From a virus (Duplodnaviria; Heunggongvirae; Uroviricota; Caudoviricetes), in IMG/VR virus record IMGVR_UViG_2703718785_000025: DNA of 10,444 bases. One strand, given 5' to 3'. The translations under genes and the position numbers were made by a program. The notes below the pieces were generated by a model. That model saw only the letters and a program-made list of their open reading frames with translations, had not been told where the DNA came from and searched no databases. Shown piece after piece: positions 7,000-10,444 of this stretch (position 1 is its first letter; every line of letters begins with the position of its first letter).

Positions 7000-7433
7000 A
7001 AATCAAGCATGAGCACATCCGCATGGCGATGAATGCGTGGCTGCTTTATCCGAGGGTAGGGCGCAAAAAAATCGCTGATGATATAGCGACAGCATATTTT
7101 GAGCTTGAAATGACTTATCCACCAATGCATGACACCTCTACGACAGAGGGTATTGGATTGAACATACAAAATATTTTTCGCTGGCTTGAAAAGGATACGC
7201 CTGATGCTGTTGAAAAAATTCAGGCACTAATTCCAGCTATCCTGACTGTTCTTCCGCGTGAACTGCGTTATCACCTCAGTATTTTTGACACTGTTGAGCG
7301 CCGTGCATTACTGGCGGCCCAGGAAGCGTTGAGCACGGCAATTGATGCGCATGATGATGCAGTCCAGGCAGTTTACCGGAAAGCGTATTTCAGCGACGGC
7401 GGGTCATCCGGCGAGTCTGTTGTGGTGCATTGA
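6996..7433 (+). CDS. ydaT: YdaT-like protein (Rac prophage YdaT family, CII-analog or toxin)
   Basis: 145 aa: MKIKHEHI...KIQALIPAILTVLPRELRYHLSIFDTVERRALLAAQEALSTAIDAHDDAVQAVYRKA... matches my recollection of E. coli YdaT. GGGAG 7 nt upstream of the ATG. Confidence 0.8.
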   Translation: MKIKHEHIRMAMNAWLLYPRVGRKKIADDIATAYFELEMTYPPMHDTSTTEGIGLNIQNIFRWLEKDTPDAVEKIQALIPAILTVLPRELRYHLSIFDTVERRALLAAQEALSTAIDAHDDAVQAVYRKAYFSDGGSSGESVVVH

Positions 7434-7519
7434 TATTTATGCCAGACCCCTGCTGATTCTGTTGATTGGGGAATCACAGAATATCACCAGAGGATGGTTC
7501 GTCACAAGATGAGGCAATT

Positions 7520-8530
7520 ATGGCCGCATTACCATACATGCAACTGTACATAGCTGATTACCTGGCTGACACCATGCATTTGTCCGCAGAGGAGCACGGT
7601 GCGTATTTGTTGCTGATGTTCAATTACTGGCAAACAGGGAAACCAATACCTAAAAACAGGCTGGCAAAAATTTCCCGTCTGACTAACGAGCGATGGGCTG
7701 ATGTGGAACCATCCTTGCGGGAGTTTTTTTGCGATAACAGCGATGAATGGGTGCATCTTCGGATTGAGGAAGATCTGGCATCAGTCAGGGAAAAATTGAC
7801 CAAAAAATCAGCCGCCGGAAAAGCATCTGTTCAGGCCAGAAGAAGCAGAAAGGAAGCATATGTTCAAACAAAACAAGAGAGAGATTTAACAGGTGTTCAA
7901 ACAAATGTTGGTGTTGTGTTTGAACATGACGCAAACACAAAAGCAACTAATAAAGATACAGATCTAAAAGAATTAAACCCCACACATAACGTGCGTGAAC
8001 GCGAGAGTATTCCGACCAGTGAGTCGCATGGTGCGCCGTTGCAGACAGCCGAACCTGAATACCTGGACGGCCTGAGCGAACCGATCGGGAAATTTTCGAT
8101 GACTACTGTCTGGCAGCCGTCGCCGGATTTTCGACAACGGGCAGCAGTGTGGGGTATGGCTCTGCCTGAGCCGGAATTTACACCTGCTGAGCTTGCCGCA
8201 TTCCGGGATTACTGGATGGCGGAGGGGAAGGTTTTCACGCAGGTTCAGTGGGAGCAGAAATTTGCCCGCCACGTGCAGCACGTCAGGGCACAGGTAAAAC
8301 CAGTCAGCAAGGGGGTAAGCCATGCAGCATCAGGTGGCACGGCATCACGGGCAGTTCAGGAAATCCGGGCAGCACGCGAACAGTGGGAACGTGAAAACGG
8401 ATTTATCAGCAACGGAAACGGCCTGGAAGCTGTGGGAGCTTATGGGGGAGGTGTATTCGAACCGCTGGACTCAGAAGAACGGGGCCGCACCTTCGAAGCT
8501 CTGGATTGCCCAGATTGGTGCGATGACTGA
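7520..8530 (+). CDS. Replication initiation protein, O-like: YdaU/DUF1376 N-terminal domain fused to a DnaT-like C-terminal domain
   Basis: ATG at 7520 with GAGG 5 nt upstream; the track start at 7466 is TTG. N-terminus MAALPYMQLYIADYLADTMHLSAEEHGAYLLLMFNYW fits DUF1376. C-terminal ...VWQPSPDFRQRAAVWGMALPEPEFTPAELAAFRDYWMAEGKVFTQVQWEQKFARH... resembles E. coli DnaT (recalled). Confidence 0.8.
   Translation: MAALPYMQLYIADYLADTMHLSAEEHGAYLLLMFNYWQTGKPIPKNRLAKISRLTNERWADVEPSLREFFCDNSDEWVHLRIEEDLASVREKLTKKSAAGKASVQARRSRKEAYVQTKQERDLTGVQTNVGVVFEHDANTKATNKDTDLKELNPTHNVRERESIPTSESHGAPLQTAEPEYLDGLSEPIGKFSMTTVWQPSPDFRQRAAVWGMALPEPEFTPAELAAFRDYWMAEGKVFTQVQWEQKFARHVQHVRAQVKPVSKGVSHAASGGTASRAVQEIRAAREQWERENGFISNGNGLEAVGAYGGGVFEPLDSEERGRTFEALDCPDWCDD
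7861..7926. repeat. Iteron-like repeats inside the O-like gene (candidate replication origin)
   Basis: TGTTCAAACAAA at 7861..7872 and 7894..7905, plus an inverted copy TGTTTGAACA at 7917..7926. An AT-rich stretch follows (about 7940..7980). Confidence 0.45.
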
Positions 8531-8984
8531 ACAGCAAATCCGTCTGGTCTGCCGTCAGTGCATGGACCGCTGCCGGGCGGGTGAAACGTGGCCCCCGGAC
8601 CTGGCTGAGTTTGTTGCGCTGATTTCGGAGAGTGGGGCAAATCCATTTGGTCTTACGGTGGATGCCGTGATGGAAGAGTACCGGCGCTGGCGCAATGAAT
8701 CCTGGCGATACGACGGGAGTGATAAATACCCGTGGCCACAGCCTGTGCTGTACCACATCTGCCTCGAAATGCGTACCAGAGGGATTGAGCGCCAGATGAC
8801 GCAGGGTGAGTTAAAACTACTTGCAGAACGGCAACTGACGAAATGGGCAAAGCATGTTGGTAACGGGATGAGTGTTCCGCCAGTGCGACGACAACTGGAA
8901 GGGGCGAAACACCCGCAAGGGCCAACGCCAATTGAGCGGCTGAAACAGGAATACGAACGCCGGAAGGCAGCTGGTTTTATTTGA
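8322..8984 (+). CDS. Replication protein P-like (helicase loader); start uncertain
   Basis: 220-aa frame with AGGGGG 6 nt upstream of the ATG at 8322. Segments align by eye to lambda P (ETWPPDLAEFVAL, YPWPQPVLYHICLEMR and TQGELKLLAERQ against PFLPSPGQFVAWC, YPWKSNAHYWLVTNLYQNMR and TDAELRRKAADE). With this start it overlaps the O-like gene by 209 nt out of frame. Alternative in-frame starts are at 8442 and 8523. Confidence 0.65.
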   Translation: MQHQVARHHGQFRKSGQHANSGNVKTDLSATETAWKLWELMGEVYSNRWTQKNGAAPSKLWIAQIGAMTEQQIRLVCRQCMDRCRAGETWPPDLAEFVALISESGANPFGLTVDAVMEEYRRWRNESWRYDGSDKYPWPQPVLYHICLEMRTRGIERQMTQGELKLLAERQLTKWAKHVGNGMSVPPVRRQLEGAKHPQGPTPIERLKQEYERRKAAGFI

Positions 8985-9017
8985 ATCTGAGAAACGATTT
9001 TGTCGGAGGAAATTTTA

Positions 9018-9743
9018 ATGGAAACCGTATTTGACGCACTGAAAGCACTGAAAAGAGCCTCTTCACAGGTAGTGGCGGCCCGCCTTGGAATCAGCCGTGA
9101 AGATGCGGTCAACGAACTGTGGAAACTGAAGCGCCGCGGTGAAGCGGATAACAAGGGGTCGATGTGGTGGCTGATTCAGGCTGGTGAAAGTGAACCGGTG
9201 TCACCGGTACCGAAAGTGACAGCGCAAATGCTGACTGAGGCGATTGAACAACATGGCCCACAAACGGCGGATGAGCTGGCACTGATGTTCGGGATTACCT
9301 CCCGCCGGGCGAATTCATCGCTGGCCATGGTAATCAGCAAAGGGCGTCTGATTCGCGTGAATCAGGGCGGTAAATTTCGTTACTGCATACCGGGCGCTGA
9401 TTTACCGGCAGAGCCGGAAGCTGCATCCGTAGCGGAAACCGATGGTAAAGCCTTTCCTCAGCCAGCAGGTGTTGCGTTACCAGTTCGGGAAGCAGAAACA
9501 CAGGAAGAAATTAAAACAGAAACTGTGGCGGACATTGTGCAGCCGTTGCCATCGTTTACCGAAACGCAAGCAGATGAGCTGATTTTTCCGTCCCTTCGCA
9601 GGGCAAACCTGGCGCTGCGCAGGGCGAAAAGTGATGTTCAGAAGTGGGAGCGAGTCTGCGCCGCGCTGCGGGAGCTGAACAAGCACCGGGATATTGTTCG
9701 ACAGATTACTGATTCTTCCCGCCGTGTTGTATCGGAAAAGTGA
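9018..9743 (+). CDS. Putative DNA-binding protein with two tandem winged-helix (PapI/FaeA-like) domains
   Basis: ATG at 9018 with GGAGGA 7 nt upstream; the track start at 9000 is TTG. Two helix-turn-wing-like segments (residues about 1..60 and 75..125), then an acidic linker and a basic C-terminus. Family name not confirmed. Confidence 0.65.
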   Translation: METVFDALKALKRASSQVVAARLGISREDAVNELWKLKRRGEADNKGSMWWLIQAGESEPVSPVPKVTAQMLTEAIEQHGPQTADELALMFGITSRRANSSLAMVISKGRLIRVNQGGKFRYCIPGADLPAEPEAASVAETDGKAFPQPAGVALPVREAETQEEIKTETVADIVQPLPSFTETQADELIFPSLRRANLALRRAKSDVQKWERVCAALRELNKHRDIVRQITDSSRRVVSEK

Positions 9744-9758
9744 TTGCCGGAGGCGCTT

Positions 9759-10151
9759 ATGGCAAAAGAATTTACACCAGAAGAGCGGGAAGAAGTGAAG
9801 GCGCGCATTGTGGAATTCGTGCGCCTGAGCGGACGAGAAACTTTTCGACAACTGGCAGATAAAACGGGTGTCAGTAAGACCGCTATTCGTCGTTTATCTG
9901 GTGCGCTTGCGGCCAGTGGTGATGTCTGGCTCTCTGGTTGCGGGGTATTTCCATCAGAGCAGGCGTATCGCGTATGGCGTAAGACACCGGAGAAGGCTGC
10001 TGACCCGACACTGATTCGAAAGTTACCTGACGGAGAAATACGTCGTTACAACAGACGGCAGAACATAATTTGTCGTGAGTGCCGCCAGAGCGAAGTTATG
10101 CAGCGTGTGCTGGCGTTCTATCGGGGAAACTTTCAGGAGGTGATGGAGTGA
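9759..10151 (+). CDS. Hypothetical protein with a probable HTH or winged-helix segment (130 aa)
   Basis: ATG at 9759 with GGAGG 5 nt upstream; the track start at 9744 is TTG. Segment ETFRQLADKTGVSKTAIRRLSGALAASGDV looks HTH-like. CRECRQ motif near the C-terminus. Confidence 0.6.
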   Translation: MAKEFTPEEREEVKARIVEFVRLSGRETFRQLADKTGVSKTAIRRLSGALAASGDVWLSGCGVFPSEQAYRVWRKTPEKAADPTLIRKLPDGEIRRYNRRQNIICRECRQSEVMQRVLAFYRGNFQEVME

Positions 10152-10444
10152 GGGTGAGAGTTTATATTGCCGGTCCAATGACGGGATATGAAAATTTCAA
10201 CCGTGAGGCGTTTCACAAGGCGGAAGAGGAACTGAAACGGGAAGGGCATACCGTCTTAACTCCGGCAGTACTTCCGGACGGGCTGACACAGCCGCACTAC
10301 ATGGATATTTGCATGGCAATGATTCGTTGTGTGGATGCGATTTACATGCTGAATGGCTGGCAGCGGTCAGCGGGCGCTAAGGCAGAGCTGGCACTGGCGG
10401 AGAAACTGGGGCATGCGGTGATTTATCAGGAGGTGGCTCGATGA
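10148..10444 (+). CDS. DUF4406-family protein (nucleoside 2-deoxyribosyltransferase-like fold)
   Basis: Conserved N-terminus RVYIAGPMTGYENFNREAF plus ...LNGWQRSAGAKAELALAEKLGHAV. Probable GTG start at 10148 overlapping the upstream stop (GTGA), with GGAGG 7 nt upstream. The track's 10079 start is also GTG and would overlap the upstream gene by 73 nt. Stop is at the window end. Confidence 0.7.
   Translation: MRVRVYIAGPMTGYENFNREAFHKAEEELKREGHTVLTPAVLPDGLTQPHYMDICMAMIRCVDAIYMLNGWQRSAGAKAELALAEKLGHAVIYQEVAR

Noticed and set aside
7973-9154. Several minus-strand ORFs (68 to 199 aa) antisense to the O-like and P-like genes
   Set aside because: GC-rich antisense shadows with proline/arginine/serine-rich translations, no RBS and extensive mutual overlap.

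Overview
The window reads as the early-left, immunity and replication segment of a lambdoid (Rac-like) enterobacterial prophage; no previously undescribed system can be claimed with confidence from sequence alone. Leftward genes (minus strand): a lambda-family integrase (1..1020), an overlapping Xis-like excisionase, and one large exonuclease gene split by a 101-N assembly gap (2750..2850), whose C-terminal domain is a DEDDh 3'-5' exonuclease. Further right is a gene-poor accessory stretch (3548..5460) with small leftward ORFs, a perfect 19-bp inverted repeat, a GC-rich ORF-free segment and a small zinc-ribbon gene. A HigB/HigA-type toxin-antitoxin pair (5509..6173) sits immediately left of the immunity region as an apparent moron. 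The immunity region is a divergent HTH repressor lacking a peptidase domain (6220..6612, minus) and a Cro/YdaS-like gene (6739..6999), followed by a YdaT-like gene, an O-like replication initiator (DUF1376 plus DnaT-like domain) with internal iteron-like repeats, a lambda-P-like helicase loader, a tandem winged-helix protein, a small hypothetical and a DUF4406-family protein. The best candidates for follow-up are the accessory stretch, the HigBA moron and the candidate origin. All family assignments are from reading the translations and motifs by eye; no database search was run.
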